A DNA stretch of 62,066 nucleotides, counting the filler, from Dugesia japonica (taxonomy: Eukaryota), in assembly GCA_001938525.1 (NCBI GenBank). It is 6 parts of 6 records of this genome, joined end to end, with 100 filler letters (N's around TTAATTAATTAA, not from the genome) between each part and the next. Parts side by side here need not be neighbours in the genome. Positions count along the whole stretch, not along the records: positions 1 to 9,882 come from MQRL01581257.1; positions 9,983 to 19,393 come from MQRL01498233.1; 4 more parts are not named here. One strand, given 5' to 3'. Position 1 is the stretch's first letter. The number at the start of each line of letters is the position of its first letter. A program made the position numbers and the translations under genes. Under the pieces are notes generated by a model. It made no database searches, was not told the DNA's origin, and worked only from the letters and a program-made list of their open reading frames with translations. Below are positions 1 through 11,760 of this stretch, in pieces.

Positions 1-1383
1 AAAATTCTCAGAAAACCCCATTTCATTACGTATTGATTGTTGCTGCTTATATAATTGTTCATAAAAAAGCGCCATTTTTTCATGTTGCATTACGAAGGGA
101 TCAAAATTAAAATCTTTTATTGCATCTGTAATTAAATTATAACTTGGCCAAATGTTGCCCTTTCNCTCAAAATAATTTAATAAAATTAAACGCATTGATT
201 CATAGGTCGGATCTTTATTAAAATACCCTNTAAATAAAAAGTTTAATAACATCATTTTATAAATTTCACTTTTCGATGTTTTTATTTTTTCTATCACATT
301 ATAAATAGTTTCATTTGGTTTATGATCATTTTGTATGTCCTCATATATGTGTGGATAATAAAACATTAACAAAGTTTTTAAATAATGATATCGTTCCTCT
401 TTGTCAGTATTATCCATTAATTTCCATATTTTCCGTAAAATTGTTAAATCATTTAATGGTTCTAAATCATTTCTATCATGTCGAATTTCTCTATATAGAT
501 TTATAAAATATTTCTGTTTATATTGTTTGTCTAATAAATAATTAATCATATCGTTGTGCTGTTTACCCATCATTTCTTTATATTTTATAGCTTCATATAA
601 CCACAATACATCCCATCTAAACGTTGCCACTCCAATTGGCAAATATTTTAAAAATTTGACATGTTTCCATAATTTTAAACCATATTTTGTTGCTACTTTT
701 AAACCTTTAGTTAATTTTGGATAATGTCGAGAATACGGTTTAATATGGGCTTTTCCAGTTAATTGATCGTATTCAAGTGGTCTAAAACCTCGCATAGCAT
801 TACCCAAACTTTCTAATGCTTGAAAACCTCGATATTTCCAAACAGCATGAAACCTGCTTACACGTTCACCTTTTTTCCAAAAATCACGATGAGGCGTTGT
901 TTTTCGTTTCAAATATTCACGTCTATCATGCCATTTGTTAAACTTCCATTTTCTCTTATTTTTTTGTCTATCATGTATGCTGTTATTATTATTATTAGCC
1001 AACATTCCAGATTTAAATAATTAAGGTTTATTAGTATGACCTTCGTTAATTAAATTTTGATTTTCTATATAAGAAAATAAAGAACTGGATGACGAATTGT
1101 AGCTTTGTGTCTGCATATACAATTTACGCGATAATAAAGAACTATTGCTACCACGTTGAAACATGTCATTTTCATATGACTGTGTAGTTGTACTTAAATT
1201 CAATCGACGAATTTGTTGTGTAGGTGTGCTAGTTACATTTAATAAACTACGCTCACTTGTATCTTGAATTTTTGTAGCCATGTTACGCATCTCTATTTGA
1301 TTTGAAATTTTCTTATCTAAACCACGAGTGATATTATTGGTTCGCAGTGGTTTATATTGATACTTTCTAGCTGATTTACGCAT
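1..1383 (-). CDS. Long intronless orphan reading frame (>=460 codons, runs off the window edge) split by one in-frame TAA at 1021-1023; virus-like
   Basis: Manual translation: ATG at 1005 opens 335 stop-free codons to base 1 (MLANNNNNSIHDRQKNKRKWKFNKWHDRREYLKRK...YEQLYKQQQSIRNEMGFSENF). It is missing from the ORF track because there is no stop in the window. The tracked ORF 1021..1416 (first ATG 1383) is in the same frame, ending 5 codons upstream. Confidence 0.7.
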
Positions 1384-1455
1384 TTTGAAAATATTTCTAA
1401 ATTTATTAAATGCCAAAGTGTATTAAAACAAGCAGAGTTAATAATATTAAAAACC

Positions 1456-1788
1456 ATGAATCTTCATCAGTATCAAGCTCTCCTAACCGATCCGTTACAA
1501 CTGATGAAATTAATGACGGAGCATCACCCGAAATGCATATCATATGTTTATAATTATATGATAATAAAATATTATTTTTATTGCTTCAAGGGACACTCTC
1601 AGTCAACATTACAGTATTTGGCTAATAATGAGTGCGAAAGCAGACAAATCGAAACAACGTCATTTGTAGGATCTAGTGCAAGTAATATTGCCCAACCAAA
1701 GAGAAAACATGTTGATATTGATGATGAGTGCACTACAGCCAGATCACTTGATGTTATAATGAAAAATTTATTTAATATTTTTTTTTGA
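1456..1788 (+). CDS. Orphan 110-aa ORF divergent from the long minus-strand ORF
   Basis: ORF track; ATG in AAAACCATG context ~70 bp from the divergent start. No recognisable domain. Confidence 0.3.
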   Translation: MNLHQYQALLTDPLQLMKLMTEHHPKCISYVYNYMIIKYYFYCFKGHSQSTLQYLANNECESRQIETTSFVGSSASNIAQPKRKHVDIDDECTTARSLDVIMKNLFNIFF

Positions 1789-2209
1789 ATTTTTTTCTGA
1801 AAAAATAAAATGTTTTTTTTTCTTTTTGAAAATTTTTAAATTTGAAGAAATTAAGACAAATATCTAGAGTTTAATGTGATTTTTTAGAAAATTTTCCTTT
1901 GAATAATAGTGACGATATAACGTTCCAAAATTTATATTCTCGCGTCCTCCCATCTTCCACTAAAGATTTTTGAAAAATTATTTTTTTAATGGGATAAAGA
2001 TTTTTTTCTCAGTAGAAATCTAAAAAAAAATTTGTGAAATGTGAATAATTTTTCTAAAAAATTTTTAAATTTCTTTGAATATCATTTTAACATGGTGTGT
2101 GATAACTCATTTAAATTTTTATTATTTTCAAATATATTTTATAAAACTAATTGTATTATTATAATTAAGAAAAGATAGTAAAACAATTTTAAATATTTAT
2201 TTATATTAA

Positions 2210-2810
2210 AAATATGATGGTTGATGTTCACTATCGTCGTCTTCAATTAATAAATTATTGAAACTGCAAACTAAAATAATAATAATAATATTAAAGTTGT
2301 TAATCTTTATTAATATTATTACTTAGATCTCCAATTTCTTTATCTCGATATAAATCGCATCCTTTCACCGATTGTAATGCATCCGATATTTTTTGAAGAT
2401 TAAATATTTTTTGCTGTTGAACTGTTTCCTGTGGATCGTACGGTTTTTCTGCATTACATTTCTTCAGCATATTTTCTATTGTACTAACTAGTGGGGTCGA
2501 CATTTTAAGTTTGAGCGCAAAGACCAACCCCTCGACTATTTTTGATACATTGGATATGGTACCCATTCGATATGGAAATTGAGGTTCTCTTCGTTTTTTT
2601 CTTTCTTGTAACAACATTTTTAACAACTGAATCTGTAAAAATAATATTTAAATTAATTATCATTATTTTATTTTACTTGATTTAAAGAATGAATTCTTCT
2701 TTCAATATCCTTTTCTAATAAATATTTATACTCTAATATTTCCCAGTCACTTAATCTTTCGAATTTCTTTCAATGGTATTTATGTTCTGGAATCACTTTT
2801 ATATTTTTTC
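2210..2810 (-). pseudogene. Spliced orphan gene fragment with short GT-AG introns
   Basis: ...KYH*KKFERLSDWEILEYKYLLEKDIERRIHSLNQ joins in frame over a ~44-nt gtaaaa...tacag intron (~2676-2633) to IQLLKMLLQERKK... (ORF 2300..2626). A second probable intron lies at ~2323-2272. Confidence 0.45.
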
Positions 2811-2857
2811 AGAAATTAAATATCTACAACATTCAATATTTATTTTTTATTTTAGAA

Positions 2858-4036
2858 ATGGAAGATATATCTTTTTAATTAATACAAGAAATGAAAAGGC
2901 ATGCAGTTATTATTGCATTAGCCGCCGGACACAGTGACTTTGAAATTTCAAAATTTCTTAACGTGGCCAGATCGTTTGTCAATAAAATTAGAAATCTAGG
3001 TTTGGCGTCTGATTGAAATGTTTCCTCTATTTCGAAAAAAACACATTCCTCACGTTCAGACAATGTCAGAAATGTTAATTTTATTCAAAACGTTCAGAAT
3101 GTTATTCATGAAAGTCCAGGAACATCAATGAGGTAAATTGCTGAGCGACTATCGGTTTCTGAGTCAACAGTGAGACGGACGGTACACAATAATTTCAAAT
3201 TCAAGTCCTACATCATAAAAAGAAGACATTTTGTACCGGCCAAATGCAAAGAAAATCGTTTAATCCGCTCGAAGTGCCTTTTAAACAAAATCAAACATCC
3301 TGATCATCCAAACATGCTATGGTTCTTTTCCGATGAAAAACTTTTCACTCAAGATCAAAAAATTAATAGGAGGAACTATCGATGTCTGTGCTCTAGTGTT
3401 TCTGAAGTCCTTACTGTTATGCACACCAAGTTTGCATCATCTTTAATGATATTGGATGTTGTCAGCAACGAAGTTCATGTTATGGCTCCGTATTTCTTTC
3501 CACAGGGACTTAGAATTAATGCATTTGCTTATATCGAGGCTCTGGATACCTGTGTGATGCCCTAGATTGAAGACGTTGCCCACGGAAGATCTTATGTGTT
3601 CTAGCAAGATTCAGCTCCTTGTCATACAGCAATAAAAATACAAAAATGGCTAGAGCTAAATTTTCACGACCATGTCACTCCAAACTTATGGCCACCTAGC
3701 TCACCCGATTTAAATCCTTTGGATTATTTTGTATNNNNNNNNNNNNNNNNNNNNNNNNNNNNNNNNNNNNNNNNNNNNNNNNNNNNNNNNNNNNNNNNNN
3801 TAAGTTCTGCAATGATAAATATGAACAAAAACCATTTGATCGCGGCGTGTAAGCTTTTCAGAAGCCGTCTTGAAACTGTAATTGACACTAAAGGGAATTT
3901 TATTGAATAAATATCTCCTGTGTACTTAAAACAATTATTGTTTATAATATTGCTTAAAAATATACATACTTTTCATTAAAAATATTACTTTGCGTTAATA
4001 TCAATTTTTGTCCTCAAATAGCTGACGAACCCTGTA
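2858..4036 (+). mobile_element. Decayed maT-family (DD37D) Tc1/mariner transposon, left TIR missing
   Basis: Transposase with stops: WFFSDEK...QDSAPCH...WPPSSPDLNPLDYF, with 37 residues counted between the 2nd and 3rd catalytic D. Right end is ...GCTGACGAACCCTG-TA (4020-4036). Confidence 0.9.
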
Positions 4037-6733
4037 TATATCCATATTGTTGGCGAGAATTGAGTTAAGTTGGAATGGATACTTATTGGTCATTTGTGTT
4101 CCTCGTTGATGTTGTTGTTGTTGGTTGCATAATTTTAAGATATTTTTTCTTTCCTCATCCACCATTTTATTTTCAAAATCATCCATTTTTATCATTGTTA
4201 TCAAATTATAAAATTATAAATTATAACTTTTCTTTAAATATAAGTTGGCCTAATTAATAATATTGATTTATAAATTGCATCTACATAGCTTATGACTTGC
4301 TTAAATCATCTAAATGTATTACCTGACTTAATTATTTACATATAAATTCTATTAATTATGTTGGGATGACACACCCAGTCTGTCAAGAAAATTCAAAGCC
4401 AAGATCACAAGAAGGAGAAATGATGAAGGAAGGGAGCCGAAGGGAAAGTCAATCAAGAACAACGTAGTTACGATGGAAAAGTTATAATAATTACATCAAA
4501 GCCACAAGAAAAGTAATTAAGAATAATCAGTATGGATAAATTAATAAAAGATGAAAAATACAAAGGAGATGGAGATGAAGATCTTGGGTCAACAAATCTG
4601 ACCATAGCAATTACAATAATCAAAAAGGAATTATGAAATTAAAAATAAAAGGCAAGAAAAGTATTACTGGAAAATAATTAATTATCAGAAAACATTAATT
4701 AATTTTAAAGAAAAAATAAGTTAAAATTAATCAAAAATCCATTTTTTACGAATATCTTGGCTCAGAAACCTCCTAGAAGCTCGGTGCAAAAAAATTTGAA
4801 AAGACAATGTATTAGAGCAACGAGATTTTGCCATGGGAAAATGATACCATTGTCAGGAAGATCCCTACAGGGATTGGAAAATTGAGCCAATAAGGCATTA
4901 GAAAATAAAAATATAACAAAGAATAGATGATCTAAAAATAAGCACCAATAGAAGTGCCAAAACTCTACAAAAATTTCCAAAAAATAGCAGCACAATCAAT
5001 GGAAAACAAGAAAACCCGAATTAAAATAGACTACCAATGACAACGATGGCGGGTTGTACCAGAAAAACTATAAAAGGCTCCTAAAATTTAGCAGAAAAAA
5101 CTTAACTTTTACCAAAATAAAACCCCACCTTTTACAGTAATTAATATAGCCTCAACGGAGAAAATTCACTTAGATAATGTATTGGAACGGAAAACGTAAG
5201 CTCATGAATTTAGAATTCATTATTTAACGAGTATAACAAATTACAGAAAAGAAAATTTGATTAAATCGTGGAAAGACTGTGAACTAGAGTAACCCTAATT
5301 AATCGACTAAGGAGCATCAAACTGAATTTGCAAATTGCCCGTTGCATAAGACAGGAAACACAATATTAAACTGATCAGTAACTTAATTGTTTATGTGAAT
5401 ATTTTAACTATTATTGATTTGGTGTTATAATTATGTGATTTAATGATGAATATATTATTCATAACAATCATTTTCTTTTAAAGGAATGTATTAATTGTAT
5501 AAGGTGAAACCGGTGCCAACCAGTTCTGTGTANNNNNNNNNNNNNNNNNNNNNNNNNNNNNNNNNNNNNNNNNNNNNNNNNNNNNNNNNNNNNNNNNNNN
5601 NNNNNNNNNNNNNNNNNNNCACACCGTCAGTGTAAACCATTACCAATGCATTGAACCACCCACACCCAGAATAGTGTGATGATTACCCGACGTGGTTTAC
5701 ACAATAATTTATAGACACCTAAAAAGTGGTCGCCAATTATCGTTGGCAGAAAAAACAATATGACTCATTGAGTTGGTGTGCGGCGGCAGATAGTGTTATT
5801 AAAGTCATCACAGTAAATCAGCAGAATTGTTGGTAAATAATCAATAAAATAGAACCTATCTTTAATCTTTACTTAGGAATCAATTTGAATATGGCAAAAT
5901 ATTACTTTCATGGCTGATGGTTCGATCTCCTCACTTATGTTCAGGCCCTCGCCCTACCAGGACGAATTCCCTTTTAATCTCTACGTCGATGGATTTATAT
6001 TCATAAAAAAATGAATTAGCTTTAGAAATGGTTTGTAATTCCCCGGCCAATCAATCAACTGTAAAGGAACAATATCCACTAGACTATTATGAGACATTTT
6101 GTGTTACTAATATTTATCTTTGGAATTTATTATCTTGATTTTAATGTTATTTTCACCATTTGGGTAGTATTCCGGTGATNTAAATGAATATCAGGAAAAT
6201 GTCTATGGTAAATTTCTTAGTTTAAAGGGAATTGATGACTATTGTTTTGGTCGCTATTATGTTAGCGCAAATCACTATTACAATCCCTCCAGCAACGATT
6301 GGGCAACATTATACTAAAAACCCCCAGACAGTTGTAATTTTTTCAGAATGCTCGGATTATTGGTAACATCGGAAAGAGCAAACCTTCCCGAGACCAACAT
6401 AAGGGGCTTATAGGAAAGAGTGATCATGGTGGCTAAAGATATATTTTTTGTTGTCTTTCTTATCCATGAGAGGAGGGAAAGGACTCTATCAAAGGTCTGT
6501 AAATAAACCCGGGTGGTATTATGTCATAAATAGGTGAGTTTATTGATGCTTTGGCCGATTTATTATTTTTATTGACCACAGTCATCCACGATAGAAGGGT
6601 CAAATAACCTTCCTGTCGCTAGTAAAATTATTAATATCGGTATTTTTTATCATGTTAATAAAAAATCGTTTTAATTACAGTCATTTTATTTTCCTTTTAT
6701 CGTTGCTATTTTTTTTGTCATTGTTTTAGCACC

Positions 6734-7057
6734 ATGGATTTCGTATGGGAGGCTTTATACGATAGGCGAACCAAGAGGGTCGTTTTTAAAAGATACCATA
6801 ACCCTCATAATCGTAACGCGGTAGTATTGAGGGATTATTCAAATCTACCACCTCTAGATGCGAAAATAGAGAGAGAATGGGATGGGGTCGAGCGGAATTA
6901 TTATTACGAGTGGAGAGGTCCCGATAGGACCCGTGAAGGTTTTCATTCGGCTATAGCCTTTCCATCTCCATTTCCGGAAAACACTCAAACTACTAACGAA
7001 TGGCGCGCCGGGCCATCCATGTTGCCAGTATCCGTCAATCATTTACCCCAAATATAA
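6734..7057 (+). CDS. Orphan 107-aa ORF in the TBP cassette
   Basis: ORF track; GCACCATGG start context; W/Y/R-rich and protein-like. No family recognised. Confidence 0.45.
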   Translation: MDFVWEALYDRRTKRVVFKRYHNPHNRNAVVLRDYSNLPPLDAKIEREWDGVERNYYYEWRGPDRTREGFHSAIAFPSPFPENTQTTNEWRAGPSMLPVSVNHLPQI

Positions 7058-7775
7058 TATTGAGTGTCGACATGAATATAAAACTCTAGGATATCCGAAA
7101 TAGTGCGAGTGGTGGGAGTGCGGAGAATAATGCTCCATATAACGGTCATTGATATTTCTTTTCCGTTACTTAATTTGTGATGTTTCGTAGTAAAACTAAT
7201 AAATTTAATGTCTGTTTTCTTTTCGTTACGCCTTCTTTAATAAAAAGTTGATCAGTCATCATAATAAATTTTGATTATAATTGCTTTCAGACATACATTA
7301 CTTAATAAGAAATAAACGCTATAACATAAGGTTGAGTTACTAACCCGTTATATCGCCGACCTCTCAAATCAGTTAGGTGACCAGGCATGAATACGATGGA
7401 ATGATGCGAATGACGAAGTTACGTTCAATTTTGTCAATATAGATCCAGCCCAGTGGTTAGATCCTGGTGCTTTGGATGAATTGTAATTATTAGAAATAAA
7501 ATATAACTTAATTTTAATATTGTGATTGACTTGTTTGTGAATATAGTAAGGGAAAATAGGAACCCGAAACAACGATGTACGATTGAGAACCTCCCGTAAA
7601 TGTCGAAGGCCAACCGCTCTGCGTCTAGGATCTAACTTAGGGTCGTTAGATTAAAATTCTTGAAAGGGATCCCCTGAGAGCCGTGTTTCCCCGTCCAGTT
7701 TTTCCGTTTTAACATCAACTCAGGTAGGACCCCAACAATTATAAAACAAGACATAACAAAAAAGGTTCATTACAT

Positions 7776-8216
7776 TTAATTTATCAAATCTAATACATAT
7801 CTTTTAATAATATTTACGTCATCATAAAAATCTAAAGTTTTCAAACCGGTTATTACTATTTTCCTAGAATGAAAAACATTAACACATAAAGGATTGAATA
7901 GTATTAATCGAAGACCTGGAAATATTTCTGGTTCATATACGCAATTTATTGTTTCAGCCAATTTATGTAAATTTATTGACAACTGTAAGGAAGCGGTCAC
8001 CATCACCGATTGTATTTCTTTGCAAATTATATTGAATGGAAGTTCTTTGTTTTCTAATGGTTTTTTACAACCCATTATTCTACATTTTTCATTTGGAAAT
8101 ATAATTATTGTAAAATCGGAATACTTTAATACACATTGTTTTGGTTTATAACTAAATTAAAGACTATTCAAATTTTCAGTAGTATATCCTTTATAATTTA
8201 TATTTGACAACAACAT
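7776..8216 (-). pseudogene. Minimal intronless TATA-binding-protein-like gene (146 codons, one in-frame TAA at 8157-8159)
   Basis: Extended by eye: MLLSNINYKG...SL*FSYKPKQCVLKYSDFTIIIFPNEKCRIMGCK (TBP repeat 1), then IQSVMVTASL...INLHKL...YEPEIFPGL...VNVFHSRKIVITGLK (TBP repeat 2; compare canonical YEPELFPGL and IFVSGKVVLTGAK). Confidence 0.85.
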
Positions 8217-8246
8217 AATTACAAATTAAAAGTAACTTATTTTGGT

Positions 8247-8255
8247 CTATTTATA
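8247..8255 (-). promoter_or_regulatory. TATA box (TATAAATAG) about 30 bp upstream of the TBP-like ATG
   Basis: Plus-strand CTATTTATA in the 91-bp gap between the divergent ORFs at 8216 and 8308. The AT-rich background lowers its significance. Confidence 0.4.
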
Positions 8256-8796
8256 CTTTTTTGACCATAAACAAAATCAATATACTGATTGAAAATGCTT
8301 TAAAAACATGGATATTACAGCGGAAAAACAAAGTTTTTTCATTATTAAAGAATATGGAACTCTAATAATTGACGAAGTACTGAAACTTGCATCAACTGAA
8401 GAAGAGGAAAATGATATGAATTTTGAAGAAAACATTGTGAATGATAAAAACGTTACAGATGATGATGAAAAGGAAAACGTTACAGATAATGCTGTTTGAT
8501 GATTATGATGATTACAGCGATTTTTGTTCAAATGATTGTTAAATTAATTGTTTAATAAATATTTTGGATTTATTTTTTCTTTATTATAAAACATGTTNNN
8601 NNNNNNNNNNNNNNNNNNNNNNNNNNNNNNNNNNNNNNNNNNNNNNNATGATTGTTAAATTAATTGTTTAATAAATATTTTGGATTTATTTTTTCTTTAT
8701 TATAAAACATGTTAAATAAAAACAAGTATATAAAAAATACTTTATCTGTAAAACATCATCAACAACAACAACATTAACAACATGTTCTAAAAATAA

Positions 8797-9170
8797 TTAA
8801 CAATCAGTCTCTAGCAGTCTCCATACGGGAAATCTAATTCCATTTTTTATTTTGTATCCTTGAAGTAAAAACTTTATTTTAAGCGTACCAACTTGTGTAN
8901 GAATACGTATATTTCCAGTTGTATCGTACCAATTAAAATCTGTTGCTCGATTGCAAAATGATCTTTTCATTGAAATGTCTGTTTACATTTCTGCAATTAT
9001 TTGACTCAATTCATCTTTCAAGATTTGTATATTTTTATCTGTCAATTGCGATATGTAGTTACCAAATTTAACTTTTTGCAACTCGACTGCATCTGATAGA
9101 AGAAATGATTTATGTTTTTTGATAAATGCTATTTAATAACCGTGGTATGTAACCGTACTATGGAGATTTC
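8797..9170 (-). pseudogene. Decayed ~124-codon ORF, possibly an OB-fold ssDNA-binding protein
   Basis: Manual translation with two TAA stops, ending FNWYDTTGNIRIXTQVGTLKIKFLLQGYKIKNGIRFPVWRLLETDC*. A possible 39-nt intron at 9209-9171 precedes it. Confidence 0.35.
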
Positions 9171-9617
9171 CTTAAAGTAAATTAAATTTATAAAGTAGTA
9201 ATACAATACCAAAAGAAAACCTNCATTGTTTCGTATTTTCTCACCAAATATTTCTTTTTAAGTTAATTTTCTTGAATTTTGCCTCATTCGAGCTTGTTCC
9301 TCCAATTGACTAGAAAAGTCAAACAAACCTTTTAATCGTCTCATTAGGCCTAGTATGTATTCCACTTTTCTTCCACCTTCAGTATATGTGTGTAGTTCCT
9401 CAATTGCATCTTCAACTGATTTTCTTTCATCATCAACAGCAATGANNNNNNNNNNNNNNNNNNNNNNNNNNNNNNNNNGGTCGGTTGCCATGGAAACGGC
9501 TGTAATCACCGTCGCGATCACGGTTCCGTGACCGTTTCCATTGAAACGGTTACCCCCCCCCACCCACCGTCTGTCCGCGCGTCCTCCTTTCCCAGTACTT
9601 TGATCGTTTTCCAGAAT

Positions 9618-9813
9618 TCATTAAAATAAAAGCTTCTATCAAAATTTTTCGTTTTGATTTTGATAATAATTCAAATTTTCGACTTTGTCTTCGTCAGGAA
9701 TTGATTTTCTGACGATTTCTTTCTTCACAATTCCTGACGACGACAAAGTCGAGAATAAGAATTATTATCAAAAACAAAACAAAAAATTTGGATCGAAGCC
9801 TTTATTTTAATGA
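9618..9813. repeat. Inverted pair of the hammerhead-bearing ~100-bp repeat, followed by a (TTA)n tract
   Basis: Arms 9618-9703 and 9728-9813 are imperfect reverse complements; (TTA)n runs 9814-9882. Confidence 0.8.
9668..9703 (-). ncRNA. Minimal type I hammerhead ribozyme motif
   Basis: Minus strand reads CAATTC-CTGACGA-A-GAC-AAA-GTC-GAAA-ATTT-GAATT: core CUGANGA and GAAA, 3-bp stem II, stem I AATTC/GAATT. Confidence 0.65.
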
Positions 9814-9829
9814 TTATTATTATTATTAA

Positions 9830-9882
<53 letters not shown>

Positions 9883-9926
9883 NNNNNNNNNNNNNNNNNN
9901 NNNNNNNNNNNNNNNNNNNNNNNNNN

Positions 9927-9938
9927 TTAATTAATTAA
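9927..9938. other. Artificial contig-join linker TTAATTAATTAA (also 19438-19449, 31309-31320, 40058-40069, 50222-50233)
   Basis: Identical 12-mer with stops in all six frames, centred in N runs. Confidence 0.95.
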
Positions 9939-11036
9939 NNNNNNNNNNNNNNNNNNNNNNNNNNNNNNNNNNNNNNNNNNNNAAAATTTGAACCTTTTTT
10001 TACAAATAAATTTTGTTTTGTTTTGATCGAAGCCTTATCTTATTTTAATGAAACCAACATCCCTATTTTTTCTTGAAGAGCTTGGCAGGCTCTTGACCAA
10101 TTAGTTGTGGTGGCTAACTGTCCATGAAAGCTAGCTGCTATTTGCTCCTCTGCTCCAAAGGTTCGGCTTGGTCTAAGCTAGAACAGGTGCTGATTAGCCA
10201 CATTTTGTGGTGCATTCTTTTTCATGTCTAAAAGCATCAGATTAAATCGTGCTTAATCTGAATTTCTTTATTCGTTAATGAAATATGACGATCGTAAGTC
10301 TTAACGAAGATTTTGGTAGTTAATCTTGATCTGGCTAATTGTCAAAAGATTGTCGAAATTTGGGAATTTAGTAAGGTGATGAAAATAATTTCTTTAAATT
10401 TTATTATTGTAATTTCCAGAAATTCTAAAAGTTAATTAACGCTGCAATTGGCTGAATTGGATTGGAATTTTCCGGTAAGTAGTTTTTTCTGAATTTTGGT
10501 TGATTTTCACTTGAGTTTTGTTTAGATGGCAATCTGAGTTTGATGTGCAATATCAAGTCGAATGACACGATTTATTAGAGTAAGTTTTGTCTATTTTTGA
10601 GCCCTTTTTATAGTAAATTTTATTCAGATTTATTTGCCATTGGCTGATTTTGGTCGAAATTCACAATAATTCTCCAAAAATTGTTGTAAGCATATGGGAA
10701 TAAAGGTAATTTTTCTATATAATCAAATTGTTTCTTGATTAATTTATTTTGCTTTATANNNTATATGTTCCATTTCATTCACTCCTGGAGGAATTTATCC
10801 ATTATTTCGATTTTATTTGGTAATTTACTGACATTTTATTTTTTGTAATTTTTAATTGTTCGCATAAAGCTTTATTATTTCAGATTTTGTTTTGTTTTTT
10901 AATCTGAACTTTTGTGTTTTATAGCTTTTTAAATCATGATGAATTAGTTGAGTTTTGTCACAACATAATCATTTTGAGTTTTAATTAATTCTTTCAAAAG
11001 TTTTGTTCTTGTCAACATTTCTTCATTATCCATTTT

Positions 11037-11554
11037 TTAAGGTTTGAAATATAAACCATCACAGATAGTTTTTATTTGTACTCCATTTTTAAAATTTTTA
11101 GTAATCAACTTCAACTCTGAGTTTGGTAAACTATTTTTTAAATATTCATGAATTGCACTTCCTTGATAAGGTTTTAAGTAAAGTCCTGAACCAGTTTTAT
11201 TCGTTTCTAATTTATTTTCAAGTTCTTCTTTTTTAGAATTTGATTCAGAATTTAATTTTTCTTTTTTCTGAAATTCAACTAATTCAGTTTCTTTTTGTTT
11301 TTTAATTGCATCTCTGGAATTACTTACTGTACTAGCAATTCAGTAGCAATACCAGCTGTTGATGATAAACCAGCAATTATAGTTGGTATTGCAGCAAGGA
11401 AAGCGAATCCACCTTCATGTTCTTTACCTAATTTCTTTTTTATTTTTTCTTTAACTTTATTACCAATCCAATAGTTTTTACCATTAATTTTTACAGATTT
11501 ACTTTTATTTGAATTTATCCAATCAATTAATTCTTGTTCTGATATTGAAGACAT
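11037..11554 (-). pseudogene. Polinton pX/core-like virion protein (frameshifted)
   Basis: EGGFAFLAAIPTIIAGL (adenoviral pX-like GGF motif), then GSGLYLKPY and DGLYFKP in the shifted frame. Confidence 0.65.
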
Positions 11555-11760
11555 TTTCTTTTAAAAAATAATAAAAATATTCTTATCAAAATCCCAGAGG
11601 GTCCACTCCTAAAGGGTCGCATTCAAATTCTCTTCCACCTCTTTACCTCTTTCTTCTCTTCGAATCCCAAAGAGTCCCATAAGTTTTCTATAAAAACTTC
11701 AGCTTCTATATCTAAATAATAATAATATTTAATTTTCCAATGTAAATTAATATTATAATA

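Larger units (their letters stand above)
5640..9599. mobile_element. Compact decayed virus-like gene cassette containing a TBP-like gene, with a GC-rich right end ...CCCAGTACT
   Basis: Densely packed short ORFs on both strands (6734-7057 +, ~7369-7770 -, 7776-8216 -, 8308-8499 +, 8797-9170 -, 9258-9563 -), locally higher GC than the flanks, and an abrupt GC-rich terminus at 9553-9599. Left boundary not determined. Confidence 0.5.

Noticed and set aside
4359-4380. TGTTGGGATGACACACCCA (similar at ~39940) as an LTR start
   Set aside because: No matching end, PBS, PPT or TSD could be identified.
7776-8216. Calling this gene the host TBP
   Set aside because: Too short and divergent, intronless, interrupted by a stop, and in a virus-like context, so no gene symbol was assigned.
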